Under the pieces are notes generated by a model, which saw nothing but the letters and a program-made list of their open reading frames with translations, was not told the DNA's origin and searched no databases. Shown one piece after another: positions 11,666 through 25,456 of a stretch of 64,000 nt of DNA. Positions within the stretch are counted from its first letter, which is position 1, and every line of letters starts with the position of its first letter. This stretch comes from Camelus dromedarius. Its lineage: Eukaryota. A program made the translations under genes and the position numbers. Where the stretch lies: NCBI RefSeq assembly GCF_036321535.1, contig NC_087437.1, positions 64,420,001 through 64,484,000 on the forward strand, in the 5' to 3' direction.

Positions 11666-14600
11666 GTGATTCTTAATCTTGAAGTCCTAAGGAGGGGAAA
11701 AATCTGATGAAAGTAAGATTTGCTCCCCTGAAAAATATAGCAAGTATACACATTTTTGCAGGTGATGTCAAATTTTAGTATGAAAGGATTCTCTGAATCT
11801 ATCTGTGGAACTTTCAACCCTGTTTTCAACTGTCATCTCCCCAGAAACACCACTTTGGGGTGATTGCTTATTACCATTACAAAATAAGTTAAATGGGCAA
11901 AAAGGACTTTCATTTAAGTTAGATGATGCTTATGTGAATAAAGGATAAGAAAAAATGCATATATTAAGTAAACGCATGTGAAAGGTTCTGTATGTTCAGT
12001 GTAGTAATAAATATTATGAAAGTCATAGAAAAGTTAATTTTTGGGCACTTACTATTTTTTGTTTGAAGTAACAACTTGGAATTTATTAAAAACAAACAGG
12101 AGTAAGCACAGAGAATTTGGGGGACAGTGAAAATACTTTGTGTGATATTATAGTGATGGATATGTATTTGTTTATACTTTCGTTCAAATCCATAGACAAC
12201 ATAACACAAGAGTGAACTCTTAAGATAAACTATGGCCTTTGGGTAATTATGATGGGCTCTACTGTTGAATATTTTTGATAAAAAGTGAGGTGAAATAACC
12301 AGTTTATTCTGAATTATGGCAGATTTACTTAGTGGAGGCTGAAGAAGTGGGACCGTTTTGTTAGACATTTTGGAGGTACTCTGGAGCATTTTAAAGTTAG
12401 GGCTAGTCTTTGAGACATCAATCTTTCGAGTATTAACTTGACTTAAAATACAGATTTACGTTTCCTTGCTTTAGGTTTAGGAACTTAGAAGCATTGTTTA
12501 TGAGTCATTTTCTGGCTCATAAGTGGATTAATGTGAGGAGGAGAAGACAATTTTCTGGGTTAACTGGGCAGGAGTTATCAGGGTAAGAAGATGGGAAGAA
12601 GAGGATGGTAAACGTTCAGTGTGGAACTGTCGCTGGTCCCCAGACTGAACCTGCCTGGTGTTCACCACCACACCATGCACTGGTATTGGCAAGGTCCGGT
12701 CATAAGCCTCAACACTTTGTGTTTTTTTCATTGGCACCACCTTCTAGATCTTGAAATTCAAAGAGTTTATGACAATTCATCATTTTATTTAAGCATTATA
12801 CTAACTTTCAGGAGAGTTGTCTTAGTTTGCATTGACATATTAAAATAGTGTCTATAAAATGAAAAATCATCTTTGCTATAAGTGTTACCATTCCGTCTTC
12901 ACTATGAACACAGTCATTTTGCTAAGTAGTACTTGCAGAATTCCATCAGTGTTTTTTTGACATGGCCTAAATGTTCATTATTTTTCACCCTGATACCTAT
13001 CATTCCAGATGATAGATGAGTCTCCATAAAATTTCTTGTGTGTATATACAGGAGTCCTCAGATTGATGAAGGCATCATAGGCCTACATGTATACGTTTAG
13101 AAATAAGCTCACCATGCTCGGACCCAATTTGTTTTGTTCATACTGTATCACTGTATTGTAACTTGTGGCTTACTCTTATGTCACCTTCTGAAAATTTTTA
13201 AATAAAATGAAAAAAACTATTAAATTTAAAATTAATAGTTATTAAAATTGTACCTGACATGAAGAAGTGAGTTAATGTCAATTTCAGGATCTTTGTTGTA
13301 TTCTGTCAATATTGGGAGAGTGTTCTGGAAACTAGCTAAATTTTCCTTTTTCTTGTCTTGAATTCTAAATCACATACAGATCCAAGCCAGATGTTAATTA
13401 ACTGAATCCAGATTGCTAGTAAATTCAGAGAAGTAAAGTTTCAAATTATCTTGTACTTTACATTAATTAAAGAAAAAATAACTGAGAAAAAGGCAAATTG
13501 CTTTTTGATGGTGTTTCAGTATCTCCAAAGAATTAGTTGTAGCCAAAGCTATAATAAATTGTCTGAATAACGTACTACATTTAGAAGGAGAAAAGATTAT
13601 TGTGCAACACCTAGATCACTGATCTGTTTTTTCAGAAGTTTCTAAGTCATCTAATTAGAAATTGCTGCTTGCTGCAAGTTCAGACCTAAATACACTTATC
13701 CTTTAAAGGCTTTTGAGGTTGCTTCAGAACTTTTATAGCTCTTTGCACATATCCCTGGCATGGAATGATTGGGTGCACTCCTAGGCTATTTAATTAATAC
13801 AATGTAGATTGCATTTTCTTTAAAGGAAATTCTAACACTTAAATTTCTTAATTTAATAGCCCAGTTCATTGTTGATTAAACTATCAGAAACCAAATTAGT
13901 TTTATCTTACAACCAGCTGATTGTTTTATTCCACTGCTGGCCTGAAATTCTGTAAACATGTTAATTTCCTGTTGTGGTGAGCATCCTCCTGATCTGTTCT
14001 GCCTGCGCTTTATAGCACTTTTCATTCATTTAGCAAATGTTTGAGCATTTAGTGTATTCCAATCACTGGTTCCGGTGCTTTCTCAGCAAATTTTAGTTTT
14101 TAGGGTCTCCGATTAAATAACCTCTGGGATATCTGGGATTTTTCCATCAGATCATTAAATACTTAAAAAAATTTTAATATTATGTTAGAGGAAAAAATAT
14201 TTATTTCTTTGAAGCTCTTCGGTCAGAACACTATTCAGGTGTCACTAATGTCCATATATTTAGTTGTGGAAGGGTGGCTTGACATACTTTACCCAAATAT
14301 GAGGACAATTTGGGGAACATTCACAACCATGTGGTCTATTGGCTCTGGTTTAAGATAAGCCGAACTGATAAATCCTCACCCCCAAAGGACTGGTGCTTCT
14401 ATTCTTCTCTGCCCTTTAAATTCTAGAAGCAAAATGTTCAAAGTTTGAATATTTTACAGCCTTAGAACTGAAAGAATGTTACAGTGGGTCACACCAGCTG
14501 TGATTCATCCCGCGTAAGCCACAGAGCACTCTCTGGTGAGAATATGGTTGTCCCTGAAAGTGATAGCCTCAGAAGTCATTACACCAGTTATGAACTAATG

Positions 14601-15149
14601 TCACAGTCCTGCCTAGAAGAGTTAGTTTATTATGTGAAAGGATTCAGGTGTTGGTTCAGTGGCACGAAGATGGACATCTTTGCATTCTTTCAGTCGGTGT
14701 TTGCAATTTCCTGGACCTTTCTTTTGTGTCTCAAGATGGCTAACCATGATGTCTGTTTCCCAGGCAGAATATTTGAGAGGAATAGGGCAAAAAGGCTGAC
14801 TCAGCAACTTCCAGATGTGTCTGTGGCCACTCCTATCTGCAAAGGAATCTAGGAAGTGTAATTTTTCCAGCCACTCTCATTGCCCAAAGTTCTGTTAGTA
14901 AGGAATAAGGGAACAGGGACTGAGTAAGGTAGTCAGCTAGCAGTCTTCAGTACAGGTGTTGACTACTCCCCCAACCATTCACACAAACATAGGCACAGGC
15001 CAGAGGATTCTTCTCTCCCCAGCAGCACACATGGATTTATTATCTAAGAATCCATCTACAGTGTCCCTGCACCTACTTGTCTTTTCAGGTTATACTGTCT
15101 CTCCTGAGTTTTTAGTACTAGTGTAAGTCCTGTAGCTTTAATTCTCTGG

Positions 15150-15390
15150 GGGCAGGATTATGTGGTATGGAAAGAGCACTGGACTTGGAATCAGGCAACC
15201 TGACCTGTAGTCCAGTTCATCACTGGTATTTTGACCTTTCACATCTGAGCTTCTGTTTCTTCATTTGGATAAAGGAAATAAAGTACCTTCTCTACCTGTG
15301 TTTTACAGGCTTCTTAGAGGATCAGATGATCACTTTTAATGTATGTAAAAGTGTGTGGCAAACTGTAAAGCCTTATGCAAGTAACTATAT
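15150..15390 (+). mobile_element. MIR-family SINE
   Basis: gtggtatggaaagagcactggacttggaatcag...ctgagcttctgtttcttcattt. Confidence 0.65.
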
Positions 15391-17560
15391 GGTGTTGTTA
15401 TGATGATGTTGTTCAAAACCAAACCCTCATCTTCCCAACAGAAAGAGCTATTGCTCCTAACTTCTCTCTCTAGCAAGTCACAAAGTCTGAAAACCTCAAT
15501 CCTCCTTATAGTTTCATCTGCCTCGCACCCCACATTTCTTTGGTCATAATAGTCTGTGATATTTTTCTTCTAGTATTTCTCATCCCTGCTGTCTCCACCC
15601 TTCTCACTGCCACCCTTGCTGTTCAGGGCAGTATTATCACACGTGTCTATTGGCTGTTGCAGTAGCTCTGTAAGTCAGTTCCAGTCCCTGCAGCTCCACA
15701 CATTTCTACAGAGCCCCCACTTTTATTTATTTATTTGTTTGTTTGTTTGTTTATATTGTTAATGAATAGAATTACCAGGGCACTGGACCATGGGAGAAAT
15801 ATTTGGTAAATTATTTTTCTACTTTTAGACATTAGGCTGTTTATATTTTCAGGTTTTTAAAAATTGTAATAGATATTTTATGCATATGTGTGTACATGTA
15901 TATAATATATATGAATATGTATATGGCTTATGATGAATTATTTTGTTAAAAGCAAATTCCTATAGCATGAATTATTAGGTTAATGGGTGGTTCTCTTAGA
16001 CTTCAACTTCATTTTCCCCGTTATTTTCCAAAGGATAGTTCTAATTCGTATGTCACAAACAACAGGTATTATGAATGTATTGTAGCTTTTCATAGTCTAG
16101 CAAAACTTTAAAAATATATGGTAAAAAATGTGGCTTGTCCATTTTCATACACAGGGAATCTAGACACTCTAAGTCCAGGAAGATTTGGTGCATTGCAATC
16201 TAGGTAACCCTGCACTTATATTTATAGGCTGGCATGAGTTAAGACTTTTTAAAAAAAATTCCTGGTCACAGCCTGTTTTCCTTAACAGAGCTCTTCAGCA
16301 GTTGAAGGTCACTTACAGATAAACTTGGGGCTTCTTTTACATAGAGACCTGAGGGTGCCTTCTGTCTTCCTCACTGCATGTAGACCCCAGCTCTTGAACC
16401 TGTCCTTTACCTGGAAGCACCCACACTGATCTCCTCGCGTGGGAGCCCTGACTGCAGAAGGGGATAGACTGTTCTCAGATGTCAGTTGCTGAGGGCTTAG
16501 AGCCTGCTTGCTTTCACTGCTGATTTAGGAGAGGAGTCTGAGTTTTGCCCTTGTCTGAGAAAGGAGGTCAAACTGACTTAAAATTTTATTTTCTTTATAA
16601 ACAAGCTTTACATTCACACAAATAGAAATTACTCTAGTTCTTCATTGAGTCCTTCCCCATCCCTCTTCCTTTTATCAGAAAGTTTAGAAGAGAGTTGGAT
16701 AATGGGAGGAGTTGGATTATTCATGAGCTTTTCTTAATTTTTTAAAGTGTAATTACAGATTAGGTAACTGAAATAGAGGGTTTAGCTGATTGTTGTAGAA
16801 AATCGTAAGTATGTGTTTTGGGTGTCAGCATATGAAGCATTTTTTAACTTTCCCCAAAAACTTCCATCTTAAGGTATCTTTAAAGAGAAACTTATTTGTT
16901 CTTTTATTTAATAAATATTAATCTTTACTAGCCTATCTGGTATTAACATTCTGTGACTGAAACTTACTGAAGTCTGCAGTGAGTCATGGTGTCAGTTTGT
17001 ACATGTCCCCTATACTGTTTATAGACTCAGTCAAAGCCAAGGATTAACACTTATATCCACCCTAGTACATCTTTTATCTTTTAAAATCTGGCAATAAAAA
17101 TAATCCCCGCCCCCACATTGACTTACATTAACTCTGTAATCTTTTTGGTATAAACATGTGACACATCAAGTAGGATTGTTGCTGACTTCAGCAACTCTCA
17201 CTGTTCAAGAGTAGTTCCCATTAGCATCTCGTACATAATCCTCAATTTAGGACATAATATTTTCAAAAAGTTACATCTTCAAAAATTTATGTTAACTACT
17301 TGGAAACCCTTGTTAAAGAAACATTTTTGACACTGAAAATTGTAAATATTTTCTAACATTTAAATTTCAATATTTGAGAAAACATTGAAGAATTCTGGCT
17401 CTCTGAGGCCAAATGTAACAGTAGTAAGTGAAGTGTAAATGCAGTACAGTTACCCAGAAAGAATTGCCGTAATAGAAATGATATTAGCTATTTATTCTTC
17501 ATATTATATGAAATAACTTTTTAGTTATTTATCTATTGCTTTATTTATTTCTCCCTCCAG

Positions 17561-17746
17561 GTAAATGTGTCAAACCTTTTACACCAGAGAAAGCAAAAGA
17601 AATTATAATGTCTTTACAACAGCCTGCAGTCTTTTGTAATATGGTTTTTGATTGGCCTGCACGACACTGGACTGCAAAGCATCTTTCTGAGGTCCTTCAT
17701 GGCAAACAGATACGATTCAGGATGGGAATGACGAGCACGGATCCAG
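17561..17746 (+). CDS. HSPBAP1: HSPBAP1 exon 2 (186 nt, phase 1-1)
   Basis: Acceptor ctccctccAG; GKCVKPFTPEKAKEIIMSLQQPAVFCNMVFDWPARHWTAKHLSEVLHGKQIRFRMG...; donor CAG|GTAGGA. Confidence 0.95.
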
Positions 17747-19129
17747 GTAGGACTGCAAATTGACATCATCATGTCTCTTTAATAGCGTTCCCATAATTTC
17801 AGCCAGGGTTTCTTTATCTCTAGTGAATCCTTTACTTCTAATCCTCTTTTTGACCATTTACAGATAGGAAAATTTTACTGAAAGTTTTGGAAGGACAGTT
17901 AAAAAAGTTTTTTAGACTAAACAACCTATGATTTATAATCCCATGTAAAATGCATTTGTTGATGTATCACAGTTCATTGATGATGGTAGACACTTAACAA
18001 ATATTTGTTAATGTGCTATTATTTATGTTCCCATGTGACTGAAAAAGACCAATACTAATCTAACAGTCCCTTCCACTTCTGACTCATGTAGAATGTGTCC
18101 TTTTATTTGTGGCTTCAGGCATGCTATTTATAGTGCTTAGTCTTGGTGTAATTTTCTCTCTATGCTTTATCAGCTGCCTGACCTCTGCTGTACTGCATAA
18201 ATGTGAAACATATGTAAAGCTGTTTTTTTCATCATCTTAAGCAATTAGATTTTGCCAGCTCTTTTTCCCTGAAGACTTGTAACTGTTTGATTTTTTTGCT
18301 TTACAGTCAGATAAAACAATTACTGTTAACTCTAAAAATGGTTAATTTTAGGAAAGAAACAGTGCTGTTTCTAGTCTAAAGGAGTCTGTGACCATTGTCA
18401 TGAATGGTCTTCAGAATATGTGTTCAACTTGTATTTAAATATGGGTGAGTTTGGTAGTCAAGAAATTCTTACTGTTTTAGACATTGCTGTGAAGTGGCTC
18501 TATGAATATCTATTAATAACTCAGAAGGAACTAGAAGATTACCCAGTTTCTCTTCCAGCTTCTCCAGACTTCTTTATCTCACATTGATCTTCAAGTATAT
18601 CTCATATAGTTATTTAGTTTTTGGTGTCTAGACCCCACCTTGTACTCTAGTGACAGGTAGACCAGGATTAGTAGACCTGAAACTCTTTGGCATCTCATTC
18701 TACTCACAGACCAAAATGTATGTTGTATTTTTAAATTAAATGCTAGACCAGTAGCAGCCACGTAACAATCAGCTTGTGCTTTTTTCTTCTTAATCTTAGT
18801 CAAGTAAATCATCCACTCATTGAAGTGTCTTAAACAATAATTTGGAGAGAAATGGAAATTTTAATTGTTTTCACCTCCTGGTTAGACTACAAATACATTA
18901 CTAAGACTAATAGCTGTTGAGAGCTACCAAGAGCTATTATGCTTTATACATATTAACTCTCAGTCTTCTTCAAACCTGTTCAGAATGGTATTGCTAAGAC
19001 CCTGTTTTATAGCGGAGGTACAGTAATTTGACATTTTAAAGTTAATACTCCAGCATAAAAGAGAAAGGAAGTAAAAAGTCTCTGTGGTTGTGAGCAGCTG
19101 CTCTGAGTTTTTACTAAAGATCATTTGTT

Positions 19130-20070
19130 CTTTTTAAAAATTCAGACAAAATTCGTATCACATAAAATTCACCACTTTAAAGTATACAATTCAGTGATTT
19201 TTGCATATTCACCATATTGTGCAACCAACACCACCATCTAATTCCAGAACATTTTATCACCCAGTAAGGAAGCCTAGTTCTCCTTAGGAAGTCACTCTCC
19301 ATTCTGCCTTACTCCCAGCCCCTGGCAACCACTAAGCTACTTTCTGTTTTTATGGATTTGCCTATTCTGGACATATCATATAAATGGAATCATACAGTTG
19401 TAGCCTCTTGTGACTAGCTTTTTTCATGTAGCATATATCTGTACTTTTTCTTGCTGAATAATATTCCATTGTATAGATCAGCAAACTGTTTATCCATTCA
19501 GCAGTGGATGGACATTTGGGTTATTTCCACTTTGGAGCTATTATGAATAATGCTACTGTGAACATTATGTGTTCTTATGTGGACATATGTTTTCATTTCT
19601 CTTGGGTTAAACCTAGAAATGGAACTGTCGAGTCATATGGCAACTCTCTTTAAGCTTTTGAGGAACTGCCAAACTGTTTTCCAAAAATCCAAAAAAGCTA
19701 GACCATTTTACATTCCCACCCCAGTGTATAAGGGTTCTGCTTTCTCTACATCCTTGCCAATGTTTATTCCAATTTTTATTCTAGCCATCCTGGTGGGTGT
19801 GAAGTGTCATCTCATTACAATTTTGATATGCATTTCCCTAGTGACTAATGATGTCGAGAATCTTTTTATGGACTTACCGACCATTTGTGTATCTAATTTG
19901 GAGAAATGTCTGTTCAGAGCCTTTGATTATTTTTTAATTGAGCTTTTTTTAAAATACATGTTTTGTTTTTGTTTTATTACTAAGAGGTAAAAGATCTTCA
20001 TATATTCTGGAAATAACTTATCAGATGTATGATGTGCAAATATTTTCTCCCATTATGTGGGTTGTCTTAA
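19130..20070 (-). mobile_element. L1MB-like 3' end with ORF2 tail
   Basis: Same diagnostic L1 3' segments as 11080-11665, plus ttttgaggaactgccaaactgttttcc. Confidence 0.8.
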
Positions 20071-20769
20071 TTGCTCTTTTTCAAGTTACTTCTTTGAGTA
20101 TAAATGTAGTACTTGTACAAGCAGTATAAGGTAGTGGTATGAGAGCTGACTCTGAAATCAGCTTACATGGGTTCAGATTTTGGTTTGTGCTGTAACTTTG
20201 GTAACTTTTCTGTATCTTAAAAACATTTTCAAGATTGTGTGTGTTCCTATGCATTAAACAGTTAGAATAGTGCCTAGCACATGGTAAATCTCAACAAATG
20301 TTATTTAGAGGTAGAAATAATTTTAAAATAAAAATATAACTTCCTCATTTTAGAGAACATTGAAAAAATGGGAAGATCTAAAGAAATTTTAAAACAGTCC
20401 TATTACTAAGAAGTAATCACTATTTACATTTTGATACATGTCCATATGGACCTTTTTGTATTTTGAAAATGAAGTGGTACTAATTATCATAGCCTGATTT
20501 TTTTTTAACTTAATATATTCTGAGCAGTTTCTCTTGACATTAAATGTGACTTTTAAATGGCAACCTAATATTCCATTGTGTGGTAATGTTGTAATTTATT
20601 TTTAAAATTCTGTGTTGATTATTTAGATTGCTTAAAAGTTTTAAATTTATAAGTAAGACTGAAGGGTGAACATGTTTGAAAAGGAATCTTGTCCAAGTTT
20701 CTGGCTGTTTCCCTGGGATAGTTTCCTAGGAAAATGCCTGGGTCAAAGGGTATGAACATTATCACCAGT

Positions 20770-21600
20770 AGCAGCACTCTTCACAAAGCTTCTTAAACAG
20801 AAACCTCTGAGTCATTCTGATGGCCTCTCTAAGTGGTGTCTGGTGACTGGGTGCCTTATGCCCTCTGCTTCTCTCTCTCCACCGCCGTCCTCTTCTGGGG
20901 ATTACCCTGCTCTCTCTCACCTCCGTAGTTGCAGTAACCTTATCCCTAGTCCTTCTACACCCCTGCCCTCCCACCTCAGCCATTCTTTATACTGAAACCA
21001 GAGACAGGTTAAAAAAACAAAACAAAACAAAAAAACCAAAAACAAATCCCGCCTTATTTCTCTATTTAAAACTCTTAAATGGCTTCCCACTACCCTTAGG
21101 CTAAAGACCAGAATTTTTGTCATGGTGTAGAAAGCTATTTGCCTCCTCTGCTTAATTCCTCTTTCTGGGCTCAGGCCAAACAAGCATTTTTTTCAGTTTC
21201 TGTATTTTGAGAGGTTTGCTTCTTACTTCAGGGCCTTTGCATATGCAGTCTAGGCATTCATCTCTCTTTTCCCATTTCTCCCTACCGCAGCCTTACCTAG
21301 TTAATCCCTCTGCTTCCTTCAGATCTTAGCTCAAATGTCGTTTTCTCATGGAAGTCTTTCCTGACCACATCTCTCTGCCCTACCCCCTAAATCAGGCATG
21401 ATTATTAAGTTATCTTAGACCACCTTGTATTTCTTAGTAACACTTAGCACAGTTATAATCACATGGTTAGTTGTGTAAGTAATTAGCAGTTTAAAGTCTC
21501 TCTTCCCCTGGAGAGGGTAACCTTGTGAGCGCCAGGTCCATGTCTCATCGTTGGCTGAGCTCCTTAATGGATAGTCAGATGCCTGTGGAGTGAAAGAATG
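20770..21600 (+). mobile_element. LINE-2 remnant
   Basis: cagggcctttgcatatgc...ttcagatcttagctcaaatgtc...ggaagtctttcctgacc. Confidence 0.6.
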
Positions 21601-22269
21601 AAAGACCTTTGATACATAAGGCCATATGCTTTGCAGAAGGGTGGGTTATATTTATTCTGCTTTCAGAACATGCAAGGGTGCCTGTTTGGTTACTCTTTTG
21701 CCCAAACTGAAATTTATGTTTGAAAGAAATCTTACCGATAGCTGAAAGATGGGTGTCTCATGACTTTAACGTTTCTTTACTGGTGATGTTAAATGCATGT
21801 TAATGTTTATTAATAATTTGTATTTTTGTTTGGTAATTGTTCTTTCACTTATCCTTATTAGGGTTTCAGGTTTTGGAGGGGTTTTTTTTAATAAATAAAT
21901 TCTTTATCTATTAAGAATACTGTATTTGTTACTAATGTGTTTCCCAGTTTTTTGTTTGCCTTTTGATTTTGCTTCATGTTTGTATACTTTTGTATAGCAA
22001 AATCAAATAATGTTTCACCAGTATTTTTATTCTTATTTATTTTATTTAGAAATTTCTTCTGTATCTTGACAATAAAAAAAGTTCTAATATTTTCTTCCAA
22101 TAGCTTAATGATTTTTTTTTTTACATTTTACTCTTTATCTATTCTGTATTTATTTTGGTAAAGGTGTTCACTGACTTTTTCCCGAATAGTTAAGTTAGAA
22201 ATAACACCTTTATTGCAGTACCATTTAGTGAGTAATCCTTTTTTTCCCCTACTGACTTGGAAAGCTCCA

Positions 22270-22704
22270 CAGTGTGCCCTGAGGAGAATTTAGAATGCAG
22301 AAAAACAGGATCCTGGCCCTAGACAGTTAAGATGCATACCAATGAAAAATTTCAGTGAGCCCAGACTCTTGCATCTTCCCAGTCATAGAAAAGCACTAAC
22401 ATCATTAACTTGAGATGTCTGGGGTTTTTTTGTTGCTGTTGTTGTTGTTTTTGTCTTGTAATTAGCAGTAATCTTTTGACGTTTGAGTACATGGTTTTGT
22501 TTTATTCCCAGCAAAAGCTCTTATGTATCCTGTTTTATTCCCAGCAAAAACTCAGGATATATATGTATTCCTCCCTTACCTCTTTGGAGCAGTCGCCTCA
22601 GAGCAATCTGAGAGGCTGCCTCCCAGGCTAAACTCCTCAGTAAGATCCCTGAATAAAACATAACTCATAACTTTTAGGTTGTACCTTTTTTTTTTTAATC
22701 AACA
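22270..22704 (+). mobile_element. 5'-truncated ERV solo LTR, sense to HSPBAP1 (AATAAA 22652-22657, ends ...AACA)
   Basis: Aligns by eye to the reverse complement of the LTR at 25586-26154. Confidence 0.7.
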
Positions 22705-24830
22705 GGATTTTAAATGAAAATTCATTCAGTGCCATAAATCATGTAATTTGGAAAGAATCTACCTTGTAACAATACTGTATCTCCTTACACAAAAACATGT
22801 AATCTTCACTTATCAAATTTGTTTTATCTCAGTAAAAAGATTTTCATGTAAGTCTATAAATTCCTAAAATACTATAAATTTTTATAGCTGTTATGAAGGA
22901 AGTATTTTTGCCTATTATATTTTTCTAACTGTGGTTGGTACATAAATCAAAGCCATTTATTTTTTGTAAGTTTATTTTTTATCTAGCCACTTAAGAGGGT
23001 ACATAGTTTTTTAGTTTATTCTTGTGGGTGTTTTAGGAGGACAGCATATGATCTTATAAACAATGACAACTTTGTTTCTTTTCTGTGGAGCATATTTCTT
23101 ATTTCTGTTTTTAGTCTTGGTTGGAATTTTTCTAGAATGCCTGAAATAACAGTATTAATAACTGGTGTATTTGACGGTAATGTATCTCTTAGTTTATTTT
23201 AGGAAGCAGATAATGACATCACATAGCTCTTTGAAACCATTTTGGATCAAATTCATTTGCCAGCATATGCTCTCAGTGACAACACTGTTAACTCAGCTGG
23301 CAGAAATTTGGCAAACAGATGTAGAAATAAACCTAAACATTTGTAGATAAGGAGTGGAGTGACCATCAAAAGTCATACTCAGTACCCAGATTCTATGCAG
23401 TGTTTCTTGCTTATGAAATGATGAATTCTAAGAAAATGGAGAAATATTTGTTTCTCTGCTGTGAAAAAAATATTTTAGGACTCCCTTTTAAAAGAGATAA
23501 CAACAAATTCAGTTTATCCAGTTTCCAAATCCTGAACTCAGTTGAGCTTCTTCTTACCTAACGCTTTGACAGTAAGCAGGGTGAAAGTTGCAGCTGCCTA
23601 GGCTACTTCGGTGTTAAATGGAAGAACAATAATAATCAAGTCAGAAAGGAACAATCCCATTGCATAGAGTAAGCTAAGAAAAACAAGTATGCTACCAAGG
23701 ACGAAACTGTCATGATAACAGAATGAAAATCGTGCCTTTGGTGCTGCTATCACCAGGAAGGAGTGAAAAGATTCTATTTTGAAATCACTGTGTAAATGAA
23801 AAAGTCTGTCATTTTCATTCATCCCGTTCATTGTAATTTTCCCATGACAGTAACATTTCTCACGTATAGTTTTTTGCATTTTTAGATTTTCGTTTTTTAA
23901 AGTACAGAACTTGCTGTGACAGAAAATGAAGCCTTCTGATGAGCTGCAATGGAGACATGCCTGTGAAAACTGGCCTTAACTGAAAATTCCTATTCAGTTC
24001 ACCCCAGGGGCAGGTGGCTCAAGTAATGGCTTTAGTATTAAGTTAGATCAGTTGACTTCTATGAAGTGAAAGCTCATAAGACAGTGGAATGTCTCCAGGC
24101 TCACACTGCAGCTTACTGAAATGATTTGGAAATGACTCGTATTTCCCAGCACCATGCATCTTTCTTGCTAAATGGGTTTTTGTTTTGTTAAGAAAATATG
24201 TATTCCTATGCTGTTTTGGTAAATTCTTGATGATAATGATATTAAGAACTTATGGATATTGATGGGGTACTATGTGCCAGCCATTGTTCTAAATGCTTCT
24301 CAAAAATTACCAAATTTTAATAGTTCTTAAATACTCAGATTTTAATCTTTTAGATAAATGTACCCTAATAAAGTTTTCCTACTTCTCAAAGTCAAGTGAC
24401 AAGTTGATGAAGTAGATGAATTAAGGGTGACATACACCCTCGCCTCTCTTACTTCTCTGCCTTTCTGAGGTTTTAGGATAGAGGAGAGGGAAAGGTGATT
24501 GGGATAATCCTAAACAGTTCAGGCAGAAATGAAAGGAAAAGATAAAAGCTATCGAAGGAAGAGTTTGAATACCCAGCTCCTCGTGCTACTAATTCAGCTA
24601 ACTTTTAAAGTGCCTCAGGTAAATATAAGAACGAATAATAAGTACTACCAATAAATAGTGCCTTTTACTGAGCATCTGCTGTGTGTCATGTGCTGACTTA
24701 CATGTGTTAGACCTATATCTACTCTTGATTTCATGCTTTACAAAAGAGATCGTAATCAGATTTCTTGAATATTAACATCCCAATGTGCATTTACAGTATT
24801 CTGCTAATTGCAAAGGAAAAAGTTCATTTT

Positions 24831-24965
24831 GGGGGAGGGTATAGCTCAAGTGGTAGAGCATATGCATAGCATACACAAAGTCCTGGGTTCAATCCCCAAT
24901 ACCTCCTCTAAAAATAAATAGGTAAACCTAATAACCTCCTCCACCGCCCCAATTTTTTTTTAGTT
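24831..24965 (+). mobile_element. Vic-1-like camelid tRNA-derived SINE
   Basis: GGGGGAGGGTATAGCTCAAGTGGTAGAGC...GTCCTGGGTTCAATCCCC with A/B boxes; TSD aaaaagttcattt (24817-24829) / aaaaacttcattt (24967-24979). Confidence 0.85.
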
Positions 24966-25456
24966 AAAAAACTTCATTTCATCACTATTTAGAAGAATAG
25001 TTCTTGTATAAATGAGTCATACCCATAATAACACATAACAAACCACTATGGACAGACAGCAGACTCTTCTCCAAGCTTTCTTAATCAACCCTCATCTCTG
25101 GTGGTCTTTACCTTTTCCTATGTGTCTGTGATACAAAAATTTACATCTGGTTATATAATGCCTCAATTTCCCTGCTATTCTGATTAAAAGCTTTATCTTT
25201 GTCTAAATATATTCTAAATTCAAGAGTATTATCTATTTCTTTTATGTTTTCACAAGCCTGAGCACAATGTTAGTTACAAATTAGGTACTTAATAAATGAT
25301 TCTGAAATAAATGAATTCGTGAATAAATGAACAGACTTTAAATTGCCATCATCCACTTAATGATTCTGAGGAGCTTTGTATAATAAATGTGCAGTACAAA
25401 ATTGAAATTTTCAAAAGACAGATTTTTGTTGTTGCTTTTTTTTTAAATTTGAAGAA

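Noticed and set aside
19577..19990. 137-aa hydrophobic ORF, and similar ORFs at 11132, 43743, 49405, 52704 and 61897
   Set aside because: All lie in decayed L1 sequence and are translation artefacts.
24831..24905. tRNA-Ala-like gene (A box, B box GGTTCAATCC, TGC-containing arm in other copies)
   Set aside because: It has a SINE tail and TSDs, the copies have diverged and the cloverleaf is degraded; it is a SINE, not a tRNA gene.
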